DNA of 64,000 nucleotides from Octopus sinensis (Eukaryota). Positions 1-13,543 of this stretch are shown here, one piece after another. The DNA lies in contig NC_043011.1 in NCBI RefSeq assembly GCF_006345805.1, positions 3,348,001 through 3,412,000 on the forward strand, given 5' to 3'. The notes beneath the pieces were generated by a model. It did no database searches. It was not told the DNA's origin and saw only the letters and a program-made list of their open reading frames with translations. The position numbers were made by a program, and so were the translations under genes. Position 1 is the stretch's first letter, and every line of letters begins with the position of its first letter.

Positions 1-814
1 TTTACACAGAAGGACTGTTAGAAATAATTTTGTGTTGTTTGTTAGATCTTATTCAGCACCTCAACCACAATAAAAAGTGAAAAATAAAGGAAGATACCAC
101 AAAAAAAAAAAAAAGAATTAAGAGAAAATGCTCAAAAAATTTGAATAAAAGACATCCATTTCACAATTTGAATATTCTCATTAGAGGTTATGAAACTTCT
201 TCTAGATATTAATAAAAAAAAATTTGCTTAGATATAAGATAATTTCACTTTTTTGTATTCTCCTGAGGATATAAAAGGGGAGCAAGATATTATATATATT
301 TACTAAAGCCAAAGCTAGAACTAATCAAAAACTATTGAGAAAGAAGCAGCAAGAAATATATATTTGAAATCAACTTTGAATATGTTAGTTTCTTTCATTA
401 ACCAAATTAAAGAAGGAAATAGGCACAAAAGAAAGTATAAGGATAATGAATGAAATCTAAGATTTTAAGGTCTAGGGTATGAGAAGAGGTGAACGGTTAG
501 AAAAGAGCCAGTGGATAGAGATTTATGAGGCTGCGTTAGACAATGGGAGATTAATTTAAAGGAACTGAAGATAGCATGCACTAACAATGACTTGGGGGAG
601 AATGGTTGCCACTTGAGAAGCTTTGAAATGTTGTCATGGAGAGGGTTTATGTGTTAGGAGATGTTAGAATAAATAGGGCTACAGTTGTCTTTTAGATGAA
701 GATGATGATGATGATAATGTTTTATGAATTGTGAGTACAGAGAGAAAGTTATGGCTTCACACACAAAGAAATGAATAAGTGATTATATAGACAAAGTATT
801 CTAATTTAGTCTCT

Positions 815-1218
815 AGGCACAGGAGTGGCTGTGTGGTAAGTAGCTTGCTTACCAACCACATGGTTCCAGGTTCAATCCCACTGCGTGGCAACTTGGGCAA
901 GTGTCTTCTACTATAGCCTCGGGCCAACCAAAGCCTTGTGAGTGGATTTGGTAGATGGAAACTGAAAGAAGCCCGTCGTATATATGTATATATATGTGTG
1001 CGTGTATGTTTGTGTGTCTGTGTTTGTCCCCCTAGCATTGCTTGACAACCGATGCTGGTGTGTTTACGTCCCCGTCACCTAGCGGTTCGACAAAAGAGAC
1101 CGATAGAATAAGTACTGGGTTTACAAAGAATAAGTCCCGGGGTCGATTTGCTCGACTAAAGGTGGTGCTCCAGCATGGCCGCAGTCAACTGACTGAAACA
1201 AGTAAAAGAGTAAAAGAG
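815..1218 (+). mobile_element. SINE family A (tRNA head, CORE-like middle, (TA)/(TG) linker, AGTAAAAG tail), full copy
   Basis: A-box-like TGGCTGTGTGG, B-box-like GGTTCAATCCC and CORE-like TTGGGCAAGTG. About 20 related copies occur in the window. It resembles the CORE-type SINEs described in octopus (recall, not searched). Confidence 0.9.
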
Positions 1219-2336
1219 ATTACAGATGAAAATTTTTCTTGATTAGCTTGTCTTATTTCTGATATTGGTGATGGTGATAATGAGAATGATGAGATTAATG
1301 ATGACGATAACGACGATGATGATGATTGTTTCAAATTTAGACACAAGTTCTGCAGTGTCAGTAGTTATGAGGGGAGAGGGTTAGTTGGTACCAGTGACCT
1401 CCACTAGTACTTCGGTGGTACTTTATTTTATTGATTGCAGGGGGACAAAACGCAAAGTTGACCTTGGCAGGACTTGATGAAATATTGTTTCTGATTCTCT
1501 AACCATTTTACCAATCCACTGCTCTAAGTAATTGTTTCTAATTTAAGCCCAGAGCAAGTAATTTTGAGGTAAGGGGAGTAGTTGATACCATTGACTGGGG
1601 TACTTTATTCTACTAACCTTGAAGGGATGAAAGACAAAGATGACCTCAGTAGAATTTCAATTCAGAACATAAAGAGCTGGAATAAATTCTGGAAGGTATT
1701 TGTTCCAACACTAACGGTTTTACCAGCTCACCATCCTTTTACATCAGTTGGATTTGAAGTCAGTATGTAATAATAATGATAATAATAACAACAACAATAA
1801 TAATAATAGTTAATGCTTTTAAGGATCATTTCTTAAGTATGTGTCACAATGGTATCTGGTTCCTTTGATCGGTCAACAACATCACGATGATGCAAGATCA
1901 TATTGAATCCTGAGCATGAAGCAGGATCTCCTGCATCATTCATTATTCTGCCTTCAACGAATGTGAGGAATCCATTGAAGATCGTTCTTGAGAGGTTTAA
2001 TAGCTTCGTAAAGAGGGACTCAATACTTTCTGAGTGATGTTAAAAAAAGAGTCCAACCCATGCTAGCATGGAAAGCGGACGTTAAACGATGATGATGATG
2101 ATGATGATGAATAATCCTTTCTACTATAGACACAAGGTCTGAAATTTTGGGGTAGTGGACTAGTCGATTACATCGGCCCAAGTATTTCACTAGTACTTAA
2201 TTTATCAACCCCAAAAGGATGAAAGGCAAAGTTGACCTTGGGAATATTTGAACTTAGACCATAAAGACAGACAGACGAAATGCTGCTAAGCATTTTGCCC
2301 AGCCTGCTAACAATTCTGCCAGCTCACTGCCTTAAT

Positions 2337-2340
2337 AATG

Positions 2341-2377
<37 letters not shown>

Positions 2378-2983
2378 TAATAATAATAGTAGTAATAATA
2401 ATAATAACAATAGTAATAATAATAATAATAGTATAATAATAATAATAATAGTAATAATAATAATAAATAATAATAGTAATAATATAATAATAGTAGTAGT
2501 AGTAATAATAATAATAAAGTAATAATAATAATAATAATAGTAGTAATAATAATATAGTAATAATAATAATAATAATAATAATAGTAATAATAATAGTAAT
2601 ATAATAATATAATAGTAATAGTAATATAATAATAGTAATAATAATAATAATAATAAGAATAATAATAGTAATAATATATAATAATAATAATAATAGTAAT
2701 AATAATATAATAATAATAATAATAGTAATAATAATAATAATAGTAGTAGTAGTATAATAATAATAATAATAATAATAGTAATATAATAATAATAGTAATA
2801 GTAATATAATAATAGTATAATAATAATAATAGTAATATAATAATAGTAATAATAATAATAATAGTAGTAGTAGTAATAATAATAATATAATATATAATAT
2901 AATAATAATAATAATCATAATAATAATGTAATAATAATAATAATATAATATAATAATAGTAATATAATAATAGTAATAATAGT

Positions 2984-3050
<67 letters not shown>

Positions 3051-3260
3051 TAGTAATAATAATAAATAATAATAATAATAATAGTAATAGTAATAATAAT
3101 AATATAATAATAATAATAATATAATAATAGTAATAATAATAATAATAATAGTAATATAATAATAATAATAATAATATAGTAGTAATAATAATAAGAATAA
3201 TAATAATAATAAATAGTAATAATAATAATAATAATAATAATAGTAATAATAATAATAGTA

Positions 3261-3296
<36 letters not shown>

Positions 3297-3371
3297 GTAA
3301 TAGTAATAATAATAATAGTAATAATATAATAATAATAATAATATAATAATAAGTAATAATAATAAATAATA
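2337..3371. repeat. About 1 kb interrupted (AAT)n microsatellite
   Basis: AAT units with AGT/AT interruptions; source of the poly-I/N/Y/L ORFs. Confidence 0.97.
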
Positions 3372-3790
3372 GTCAGTTGTTTGACCTTAACCAGTTGAGC
3401 ATGTCCCTTAGTGGCTGACGATATGTGCATCTCTGATCACGAGCAGAAGTAGTGGGGGAGCATCATAGCCATGTGTTGAGAGGGATTCTTTGGGGTTTGA
3501 ATAGTTCACCTCTGGAAACATGGGTGTTCTTTCAACATCCTTAAGCAACCCTTATTCAGGGACCGTTTGAGCGGGATGGGCTACTCAACCTGAAGAAAAT
3601 TCTAACTGGGCCCCACCTGCAAGGTCATGTGCTGTTTATCTTGATATGAGATCACCATGTTGCGCACATATGGTTGTGATGCATGTGCCTGGTGTCCCCT
3701 TATCAGACGGGTAGTCAAGATGGGTATATTGGGCTTCGTATATTTTACCCCAGTGTCACTTTGATGGCATGAACTGCTCTCTCACTCAAT
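3372..3790. mobile_element. Unclassified ~420-bp GC-richer interspersed element embedded in (AAT)n
   Basis: Abrupt switch from pure AAT to complex sequence and back. No ORF or TIR seen. Confidence 0.5.
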
Positions 3791-3859
3791 AATAATAATA
3801 ATAGTAATAATAATAATAATAATAATGATAATAGTAATAATAGTAATAATAATGACAAC

Positions 3860-4200
3860 AAATAAACAAATGGCTGAAGGAGATTGAAATAGAATGCCCT
3901 GTAGAGGATTATCAGGAGGGCTCTAAGCACTTCAAAAACTGCTGAAAACTTGTGGGTACCTAAGGTTACACTTAGTAACCTGCAATCCACATAATTCCTA
4001 CAAGGAATAAGACTGAACCTGAGCTAAGCCAAAATAATAATAAAAATAATGATGATGATGATAATGGCACACTTGGAACGATCTCAAGAAGAGCAATATT
4101 CAGGCATTAAAAACTGCAAATACCAAATGTCTTAGGAAGTGTTCAGGTGGTAGCAATACTAGGAACAGCTCATACAATGAGGAGAAAGTGTTGCATCTCT
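3860..4200 (+). mobile_element. Two short 3'-end remnants of R4/Dong-like LINEs
   Basis: Decayed translations IIRRALSTSKTAENLWVPKV and GTLGTIS...VQVVAILGTAHTMRR match the C-terminus of restriction-like-endonuclease LINEs. Confidence 0.55.
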
Positions 4201-4609
4201 ATGCTGTGGGATGAAGTTGTGACATGACATAGATATAGATAAATCTGTTAAGTGAATAAAAATGATAATGATAATTCTTCCTTCCATAGGCACAAATCCT
4301 GAAATTTTGGGTAAGGTGACTGGTCAATTATATTGACCCCAATACTTTATTTCATTAAGCTCAAAAGGAGGAAAGATAAAGTTAACCTCAGCAGCATTTG
4401 ACCTCAGTAACATAGAGATAGACAAATTACCACTGAGTATTTTGTCCAACATTCTATCAATTCTGCCAGTTAAACAACTGAATAATAATGATAATAATAA
4501 TAATAATAATAATGATGATGATGATGATGATGATGATGTCCTTCCCCTTGAACAAAAAGGGTACAAAATGAATTCATACAGCTTCAAAGATCAGCTATTT
4601 ATAAACAAT

Positions 4610-5016
4610 AGGCGTAGGAGTGGCTGTGTGGTAAGTAGCTTGCTTACGAATCACATGGTTCTGGGTTCAGTCCCACTGCATGACACCTTGAGTAAGTGTC
4701 TTCTACTATAGCCTTGGGCTGACCAAAGCTTTGTGAGGGGATTTGATAGACGGAAACTGAAAGAAGCCTGTCATATATATATATATACGTATGTGTGTGT
4801 GTGTATGTTTATGTGTTTGCCCCTCACCCCCAACATCGCTTGACAACCGATGCTAGTGTGTTTATGTCCCCATAACTTAGTGGTGCAGCAAAAGAGACCG
4901 ATAGAATAAGTACTAGGCTTACAAAGAATAAGTCCTGGGGTTGACTAGCTCGACTAAAGGCAGTGCTCCAGCATGGCCACTGTCAAATGACTGAAACAAG
5001 TAAAAGAGTAAAAGAA
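4610..5016 (+). mobile_element. SINE family A copy
   Basis: Same head, body and tail as 815-1218. Confidence 0.9.
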
Positions 5017-5029
5017 TACGATACTCAAA

Positions 5030-6690
5030 AATTGCTCATCCAAAGAATGAAAACTTAGCACAGCATGGACTGATTACTGTAAGGCTTTTGACAGTGCCCC
5101 ACATAGTTGGATCTTAAAGGCACTAAATATATATAGGGTATGGAACTATGGTACACAAAATTATTTACCAACCACAAGAAAGACTCGTTATATATCGGGA
5201 AACATCAAAGTATTCCAGAGCAATTCACTCTGTCCTCTCCTCTTCTGTATTTCCTTCATTCTCTTGTCCCATGAACTGAATAGAACAAATTACTGTTACA
5301 AAATGTTTGACAAGATCATTTCACACTTGCTCTACATGGAGGATCTGAAAGTTTATGCAAAAGATGACAGGGATCTGAAAGGGCTATTGGGAACTGTGAA
5401 AAAATTCAGTGATGACATCAATATGGAATTTGGCCTTGACAAGTGTGCAAAAACTTCGTTCAAACATGGTAAATCAACAGCTAATACCATGGACCAACTT
5501 GATCATGATACATCTTTCAAGGGCCTGGACCAAGAAGGCTTTTATAAGTATTTGGGGATACAGGAAGGGAAAGGGATTCAACCATGATCAAGGGAAGATC
5601 AGAAAAGAGTATTATAGATGTGTCAAAATAGTCCTGAACTCCCAAAACAGTAGTGCAGCTATAAAACTCCCTGGTGGTACCAATTGTCCAGTATAGCCCT
5701 AATGTTATCAACTGGAATCTGAGTGATCTCTAGCGTATGGACATAAAGACCAGGAAACTGCTGACACTAAACAAGATGCCCCACCCAAAATCAGATGTCC
5801 ACAATCTCTATCTCCCATGAAAGAAAGGCAACAGAGGCTTAATCCAGCCTGAAACATCTTATAAAATGACCACGATAGGACTCCAAGTGTACTTCCAAAG
5901 TAACACCAACTGGATGATACAGTTGGTAACACAACATGAACAGAGTAAGAAACTGCACTCAGTCTCAAAGGAGGCATATAAATACAGATGAGAGCTTAAT
6001 CTCTATGATTATGACGATGATAAGAAGGGCACACCACCTAATAAGGCAACAAAAAATGTGTAAAACAAAAGCCAAACAAGTAAGCTCAAAGGCAATATCA
6101 AGAGTGGGGCAAGAAAAACCATTGGATGGGCAATTGCCCAAATGAGCTTAGGAAGCTGTTGTAGACAGGAAAAGAACCCATCAGTGGTTGCAGAGTGTTG
6201 GTTTGAAAGCCAAAATAGGATTCATCCTTGCAGCACAAGTTCAGTCTCCTCACTCGGAACTATCAGGTTAATGTCACACACAATGAGATAGACAAAAAGA
6301 GTAGACTCTGCAATGACAAAGTTGAGAGTACTGACCACATTGTCACCGGCTGCTCAGTGCTTGCCCCAACAGGCATGATTGAGTTGGCCAATACTTACAC
6401 TGGAACATATGCTGTCAATGTGATATCCCACACCATAAGAACTGGTATGAACACCATCCAGAGCCAATCATTGAGAGAGAGAGAATGTTACCATCCTATG
6501 AGATTATAGGATACATACAGACAAATAAATGATAACAAATCAGACATTGTCATCAAAGACTTAAGACAAAAATCATGCTTGTTGATTGATATGACAGTGC
6601 CTAATGATAGAAACATCTCAGCCAAGGAACTTGAAAAACTGTCGAAATATAAGGACCTTGAGTTTGAGATAAATTTTAACAATGAAAATT
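5030..6690 (+). mobile_element. Degenerate R4/Dong-clade non-LTR retrotransposon (RT, CCHC finger, REL endonuclease)
   Basis: Frameshifted motifs KAFDSAPHSWIL, FQSNSLCPLLFC, HLLYMEDLKVYAK (YMDD-like), FGLDKCAK, CRLC-like SRLCNDKVESTDHIVTGC and LIDMTVPNDRNISAKELEKLSKYKDL. Confidence 0.85.
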
Positions 6691-7007
6691 TCCTCCAAAG
6701 AGGGAGACTTCTTAGATCTTCTCATGAAGTCCCCACAAAACCACACTCACCCTGACCATTAAGTTAAGTGTCCTCTCCCCATCATCTTCTTTCAATCTAT
6801 TGACACATGCTTAGAGAAGGCCAATTCACTTGGACCACTCTTGCCACCTTTCAATAAAATTGCTGGGAGGCAGCATTTGCCTCTCTACCCTCACATTATT
6901 TACCAAATAAAGCTTGAAAAATTGATGAGGGTTTGAGCAACCAAGAAAGTATCTGTCTTCAATCCTTTCCATCTGGTTCACCTTGTTGTTGTTATATATA
7001 TATATAA

Positions 7008-7421
7008 TGTATTGAGTATTAAAGGAAGTAGTGAGTACTTAGTATGAAAGATTAAGAAAGTGAGAGAGACTGAAAAAACGTGTTAACGATACGAGATACT
7101 TTATTAGACTGCATGTTGTTGTACAAGGTATTTCTTTGTTTTGGCGGGAAACTTACTGATTGTCCTTGTATCAAGGGAGACAATGGGCAACGTTAATTGT
7201 TCATGTTTATTGTGATGATTACATAACATACCTCACAACCTCTTTTGCTAAGACTGTCAGACAAATAAACACTGCCTGCCCTTCTTGGCCAAAGAGGGGT
7301 GGTGGGACAATCTTCACAATGGACTCTGCCAATAGCCAGATCCATATGTGACAACAGGTGTTTGACATAAGTCAGCAATACTCATGCACTAGACAAGAGC
7401 ATGCAAAACAGTTTTGTAACA
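7008..7421 (-). mobile_element. Possible solo LTR
   Basis: The minus strand starts TGTTACA and ends AATACA, with AATAAA about 90 nt from the end. No matching TSD was found. Confidence 0.35.
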
Positions 7422-7618
7422 AGCTTGGCTGATGGCACTTAATAATCATAATTTTGGGTTCAAACTTTGGCTGAAGATCAGCAATTATGGGGAAGAGTAT
7501 AAGTTGATTACATCAACCCCAGTGCTCCCCTACTGCTTATTTTCTTGACCCTGAAAGGATGAAAGGCAGAATATGATCTCAGAATGTAAATATAGCTAAA
7601 ATGCTGCTAGCTTGCCAC

Positions 7619-7619
7619 C

Positions 7620-7687
<68 letters not shown>

Positions 7688-7733
7688 TATTAATAATAAT
7701 AATAATAATAATAATGATAATAATAATAATAAC

Positions 7734-7770
<37 letters not shown>

Positions 7771-7801
7771 GTAATAATAATAATAATAATAATAACAATA
7801 A

Positions 7802-7844
<43 letters not shown>

Positions 7845-7865
7845 GATAATAATAATAATAATTAT

Positions 7866-7900
<35 letters not shown>

Positions 7901-7902
7901 TG

Positions 7903-7945
<43 letters not shown>
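7619..7945. repeat. (AAT)n microsatellite
   Basis: Direct reading. Confidence 0.97.
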
Positions 7946-7947
<2 letters not shown>

Positions 7948-7982
7948 ATCTATATACAATTATATTATAACTTTGTGTCCAG

Positions 7983-8103
7983 GGATGAAACAGAAGAGCT
8001 CACACATTTGAATATTCAAAGAAGCCCAATTCTAGAAGAACATATCAACAAACATTGCAATAATGGTAAAAACGGTGAAGGAGAGAATAGCGTGAAGCCT
8101 CAG
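7983..8103 (+). CDS. Candidate internal exon, unknown protein (DETEELTHLNIQRSPILEEHINKHCNNGKNGEGENSVKPQ)
   Basis: Acceptor ctttgtgtccag, open frame, weak donor CAG|gtttat; phase 2 to 0. No homology recognised. Confidence 0.3.
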
Positions 8104-9329
8104 GTTTATTTATACAGCTCAATTATATCTGAGAGCAAAATTCAATACAAATTATATCTCTAGACTTCGGAAAAGTAATAATTGGAATGCCAAGCCGGAA
8201 TATTAAATCTAAGAAGAGATATCATGGAAAAATGACTGACTAGATACTATTATCCATGTAAAAAATACCCTAATAAAAAAAAATGGTATTATACAAAACA
8301 CTGTTATATTATTATGAAACACCGTAAGTTGGTGAGCTGGCAGAATTGGTAGCACCCCAAAATGCTTAGCAGCATTCAGTCCCTCCATCTTTGCATTCTG
8401 TGTGCAAATTCCTTTGAGGTTGACTTTGCCTTTCATCCTTTCAGGGTTTGTAAAATAAGTACCAGTCAAGCATTGGGGTTGATATAATTGACTTAGCCCC
8501 TCCCTTGAACTTGCTGGCCTTCTGTCAAAATTTGAAACCAATATCATGAAACACTGTTGCCTTAAAAAAATTAACTGACAGAAATCCCAGCACTGGAGCC
8601 TTTACATGATCACTCGCACTACTAGAAATAGCTGCCAATTCTTCCTCAAATTAGATCAAACTACTTTCAACAGAGAACACACTAGTCTTGTACGTTATTA
8701 GAAAGATCAGATCCTTATGGCTGGGATGCTTGTGGTCTTTTGCTTGTTCACTCAGGGTTGACTTGAGGTTGAACAACAAATACAAATGAATAAATTCCAT
8801 CCATCCCAACACAGACAAATCAACACAAAATGAAGATTATATTGTGCAAAGGGAACATAAATAATAATAATCTAATAGTGACAGATAACAAATATAAGAA
8901 ATAAATTGAGTAAGTAAATATAGAGTTGGAAGAAAGAAAACACTGAAATAAGAGACAAAAAAAACTGGAAAATCCAATAAACAGTTCTACAAATACTTTA
9001 CAAATCATGAGAAATAAGCACAACAACATATATATGTTGATGTATGTGCATGTATGTCTATCTGTGTGTTTATCTAAGGTATATGCATATAGTGTGTGTG
9101 TGTATGTATATGTGTATAAATATATATATATATGTGTGTGTCTGTATGTGAGAGAGAGGGAGAGATAAATATACACTCATACAAATATGCCTACATATAT
9201 ATGTTGATGTATGTGCATCTACATATATATGCATGTGTGTATATGTGTGTGTATATATATATATATACACACACATACATGTATATATCAGTAAACATAT
9301 GCACACTGTGTATATATCCAATCGTGGCC

Positions 9330-9539
9330 ATTGCCAGCCTCGTCTGGCACCTGTGCCGGTGGCACATAAAAAGCACCCACTACACTCACGGAGTGGTTGG
9401 CATTAGGAAGGGCATCAAGCTGTAGAAACACTGCCAGATCAGACTGGAGCCTGCTGCAGCCTTCTGGCTTCCCAGATCCCAGTCGAACCATCCAACCCAT
9501 GCTAGCATGGAGACCAGACGTTAAACGATGATGATGATG
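9330..9539 (+). mobile_element. SINE family C (GGTTGGCATTAGGAAGGGCATCC body, (GAT)n tail)
   Basis: Ends CCCATGCTAGCATGG...GTTAAACGATGATGATG. Related copies near 2050, 18440, 18590, 19260, 32195, 36742, 38275 and 41455. Confidence 0.8.
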
Positions 9540-9992
9540 TGTGTTAATATAAATGCTTAAAACTGAAATAGGTTCTCCAGCACAACATAAAACTAAAATA
9601 CGAACAGGACTGCCAATGGGAATTGAACCTCTACCATTTGACCAATATAACCATTTAATCAAAGTGACCCATCACCACCTGCATTGAATTTAGCACAAGT
9701 AAATACACCACTACACACTGTTTCCTATTGCTTATCTCATTTATATATGATGTACTCTTTGTTGGCATTTTTGATATGCTCTCAAGTCCCAGTGGGGAAG
9801 TCCTTCTGCTGTTTTCATAACATCCTAGTCTCACACCAAATACTTCTATGCTGACTGAAATGATCCAAAACTATAAATGCTATGTAAGATATAAGTACAT
9901 TCACAAGCACAGAATAAGGCAGAACAAAACTGAAGCTTGCGAATAGGAACTGAACAGAGCCAGTCAAAAACTATTTAGCTATGACAATTATA

Positions 9993-10405
9993 TATTTCTA
10001 TACTACCCACAAGGGGCTCAACACAGAGGGGACAAACAAGGACAGACAAACGGATTAAGTCGATTACATCAACCCCGTGCGTAACTGGTACTTAATTTAT
10101 CGACCCTGAAAGAATGAAAGGCAAAGTCGACCTCGGCGGAATTTGAACTCAGAACGTAGCGGCAGACGAAATACCTATTTCTTTACTACCACAAGGGGCT
10201 AAACACAGAGGGGAATAACAAGCACAGACAAACGGATTAAGTCGATTACATAGACGCAGGGCACACTGGTACTTAATTTATCGACCCTGAAAGGATGGAA
10301 GGCAAAGTTGACCTTGGCAGAATTTGAACTCAGAACATAACGGCAGACGAAATACAGCTATGCATTTCGCCCGGCGTGCTAACGTTTCTGCCAGCTCGCC
10401 GCCTT
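9993..10405 (-). mobile_element. SINE family B: full unit (10176-10405) followed by a second unit starting at GGTATTT (9993-10175)
   Basis: tRNA-like head with GAGTTCAAATTC B box, central GCCTTCCATCCTTTCAGGGTCGATAAATTAAGTACC domain and GTAGTAAAGAAATA tail. Confidence 0.85.
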
Positions 10406-11113
10406 ATTGCTGAGAGTACGTTGGGGCTGTGCATTCTATGATTACATGTCTTTCCTGATGCCAATCCCCATCTGTTTTCAAATAAGGTACTAATCTTGAG
10501 GTTTATCACACAACATCCCAGACATGTTCATGTGGGGAACTGGAAACAAATGACGCTATGTGAATGAGATCTTTATTTTACAAAGCTCGTGCAATATGTC
10601 AATACAAATCAAGCCTAACAGACTTTTTGCAGTGAACTGCAAGCAAACATCATCAGAGAAGCCTTTGCTTACAACCAATGCATGAACACATGTGATGATG
10701 AGGAAAACACAAACTCACCCATACATACATTCACTCGCTGGCACACATTTGTATAAAGATATTTTTGTCTTTTACTTGTTACAATCATTGGACTGTGGCC
10801 ATGCTAGAGCACCGCTTTGGAGGGTTTAATTGAATAAATTGACCTCGGGACTTCTATTGGTCTTTCTGCTAAGTTACGGGGATGTAAAAAACATTCATTG
10901 TCAAAGAGTGGTTGGTGACAAACACAAGCAGAGTCACATGCACATAATGGGCATCTTTCGGTTGATGTCTATGAATCCACTCGCAAGGCTTTGTTTGACC
11001 CAAGGCTATAGTTGAATATGCTTGCCAAGGGTATCAGTTGTTGGCGGTGGACCCAAGATCACATGGCTGGAAAGTAAGCTTCTTACCATACAAGCACTTG
11101 TGTGTGTGTGTGA

Positions 11114-11152
<39 letters not shown>

Positions 11153-11582
11153 GCAATGACCACGCTTGAATGGTGCTTTTTACGTGCAGTGGCAACAACA
11201 TGCTCAAATGGTGCTTTTATGTGCCACCAGCACTGTTGTTATCGTTAATCCTAACTCATCATAAAGCAAATACCACTATGTGTGATATCTGGACTACAGT
11301 GGAAAAGGCAAGCCACTGGATTTGGTTTAAAAGAGACGATGAGCAATGGCTAGAAGAATATTGAGTGAAACCTGATAACCAGTTGATCTGGCAAGTAGGG
11401 CCTCATTTAAGGCCTCATTTCAGTGAGGGAGACTGGTGTGCAATGATGCTGCCAAGAGGGAGCCACTGAAGCAGCATGCATTTTCCCCTGATGATCCCAT
11501 AAATTTGCTATCATTTAGTATGTGAAGCTTTCAATTGGTAACGCTTGCATCTGCAAGTTATTTGCAAATGTATATATATAAA

Positions 11583-12300
11583 TAGGTGCAGGAGTGGTTG
11601 TATGGTAAGAAGCTTGCTTCACAACCGCATGGTTCGGGTTCAATCCCACTGCATAGAACCTTGAACAAGTGTCTTCTACTATAGCCTCACACCAACCAAA
11701 GCCATGTGAGTGGATTTGGTAGACGGAAACTGAAAGAAGCCTGTTGTGTGGTGTGTGTGTATATATATATATATATAAATATTTTATAATTATAAACATA
11801 ATTATAATTAGGGTTCAGCTAATTGCTTCACCACATACTGAATTTAGAAAAAGGAAAGGAATTTTTAACTCCTATTTCTAAATTTGGCATGTGTTGAAGC
11901 AATTAGCTGAACCCTACTTATAATTATGTTTATAATTATAAAATATTTGTTTAATTTTTACCTATAATGGTTATTTTACTTGGTAAAATTATTAATTAAT
12001 TGATTGATTAATTAATTTACTTGATTAATTTTACCCTTTTATTATTAATTTAAAATTATATATATATGTATGTATGTATTATATATGTGTGTATGTATGT
12101 ATACGTGTGTCTGTGTTTGTCCCCTCACCATCACTTAACAACCGATGTTGGTGTGCTTGCATTCCTGTAACTTAGTGGTGCGGCAAAAGTGACTGATAGA
12201 ATAAGTACTAGGCTTACAAAGAATAAGACTTGTTCAACTAAAGGTGGTGCCCCAGCATGACCGCAGTAAAATGACTGAAACAAGTAAAAGAATAAAAAAG
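11583..12300 (+). mobile_element. SINE family A copy split by an AT-rich fold-back insertion
   Basis: Head at 11583-11760 and tail at about 12090-12300. Confidence 0.75.
11777..11948. mobile_element. Fold-back (MITE-like) element with ~78-bp inverted arms
   Basis: AAATATTTTATAATTATAAACATAATTATAA..TAGGGTTCAGCTAATTGCTTCA is mirrored by TGAAGCAATTAGCTGAACCCTA..TTATAATTATGTTTATAATTATAAAATATTT. Confidence 0.75.
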
Positions 12301-13543
12301 AGCACACACACACACACACACACATACACACAAGGAGTTTCTTTCAGTTTCCAGCGGCCAGATCATCTCACAAGGTTTCAGTTGGCCTGGAGCTATAGTA
12401 AAAGATACCTGTCCAAAATGCCACACAGTAATATTGAACATGAAACCAAGTGGCTGGGAAGCAAAAACTTCTTAAACATACAGCAATGCTTAAACCTACA
12501 CACATAAATAAATGTGTGTGTGTGTGTGTGTGTGTGTGACAGCTAGCATAATGTGTAAACAACCAAGACAAAAAGTGGATATTAAAGAAAGCAAGGCAGA
12601 GTAGTTATTATAGAGAATCGAAAACATGATACAGATTAACCAAAACAGAAAATATTTATCAATATCAACAGAAATATTAAATCAATATAAAATAAAAACA
12701 AAATGTGCATATAAGAAACATAAAATTGAAAATAAGCCAGAAAGAAACACCATAAATTATAGAATACTTGAAACCAACAACTTTCTGCAATGGACAAACA
12801 GATCTAAAAAGAGACACCAATTTATAAATAATAAAATATGAATCAATAAAGTAAATTCTACAGTGGTGTTTAATTCGAATTGCTAGAAATAGCAGCCTTT
12901 CATTTTCCAAATCATACCGAATCATCTTAATAAAGGAAACTAATTGGATTACGTTGTCATGGATATACAGTGTCTGAAGGAAAAAGAATAAGATGAATGT
13001 GGCTGGAATACTTTTGATAATAAGTCTACTCAGTTATGGCTAACAGTATAACAAAATAAAATATTTAGTGAATAGAGAGAAAAGTTCTGCAATTAGAAAA
13101 TTCAGTGATAAAACTGCCCTTTCTTGGAAGAAAAAATATATATGAAGAAAATAAAAAAAAAATTTTAGCTGACATTTGATAGAAAAATAACTACAACAAA
13201 GACAATTTGTGATTCAAAAATCGAGAAACAAAACTTCTTTCACTCTCAGAAACATCACTAATTGCTAAAAACATCAAAACATTACTAACTAGGTAGGACA
13301 CTCTATTTATTTATTTATTTATTTATTTTACTAATGGAGAAACAAGATTCAAATATTTTGGACAACATTTTCACATTCTACCTGATAAAATATTAAATGA
13401 AATAAACAGTTCCTCTAACTGGCTAAAAGGGATGTATATAGTTTTGTTACCAAAGTCAGATAAAACTTGAATTCCTGTGAACAACAAACCCTTTACAAGA
13501 CAGCCAAAAGCATAGGTGTAAACCCAAATAAGGAGAAAAATAC

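Noticed and set aside
815-890. tRNA-like A/B boxes at SINE heads
   Set aside because: There is no complete cloverleaf and each continues into a SINE body, so they are not tRNA genes.
757-1242. Recurrent ORFs such as RHLPKVPRSGTEPGTMWLVSKLLTTQPLL
   Set aside because: They are translations of SINE family A, repeated in many copies, with no coding signature.
2280-3430. Long ORFs rich in I, N, Y and L (also at 7596, 20309, 31321, 14404 and 52195)
   Set aside because: They are translations of (AAT)n, (GAAA)n and (CATA)n microsatellites.
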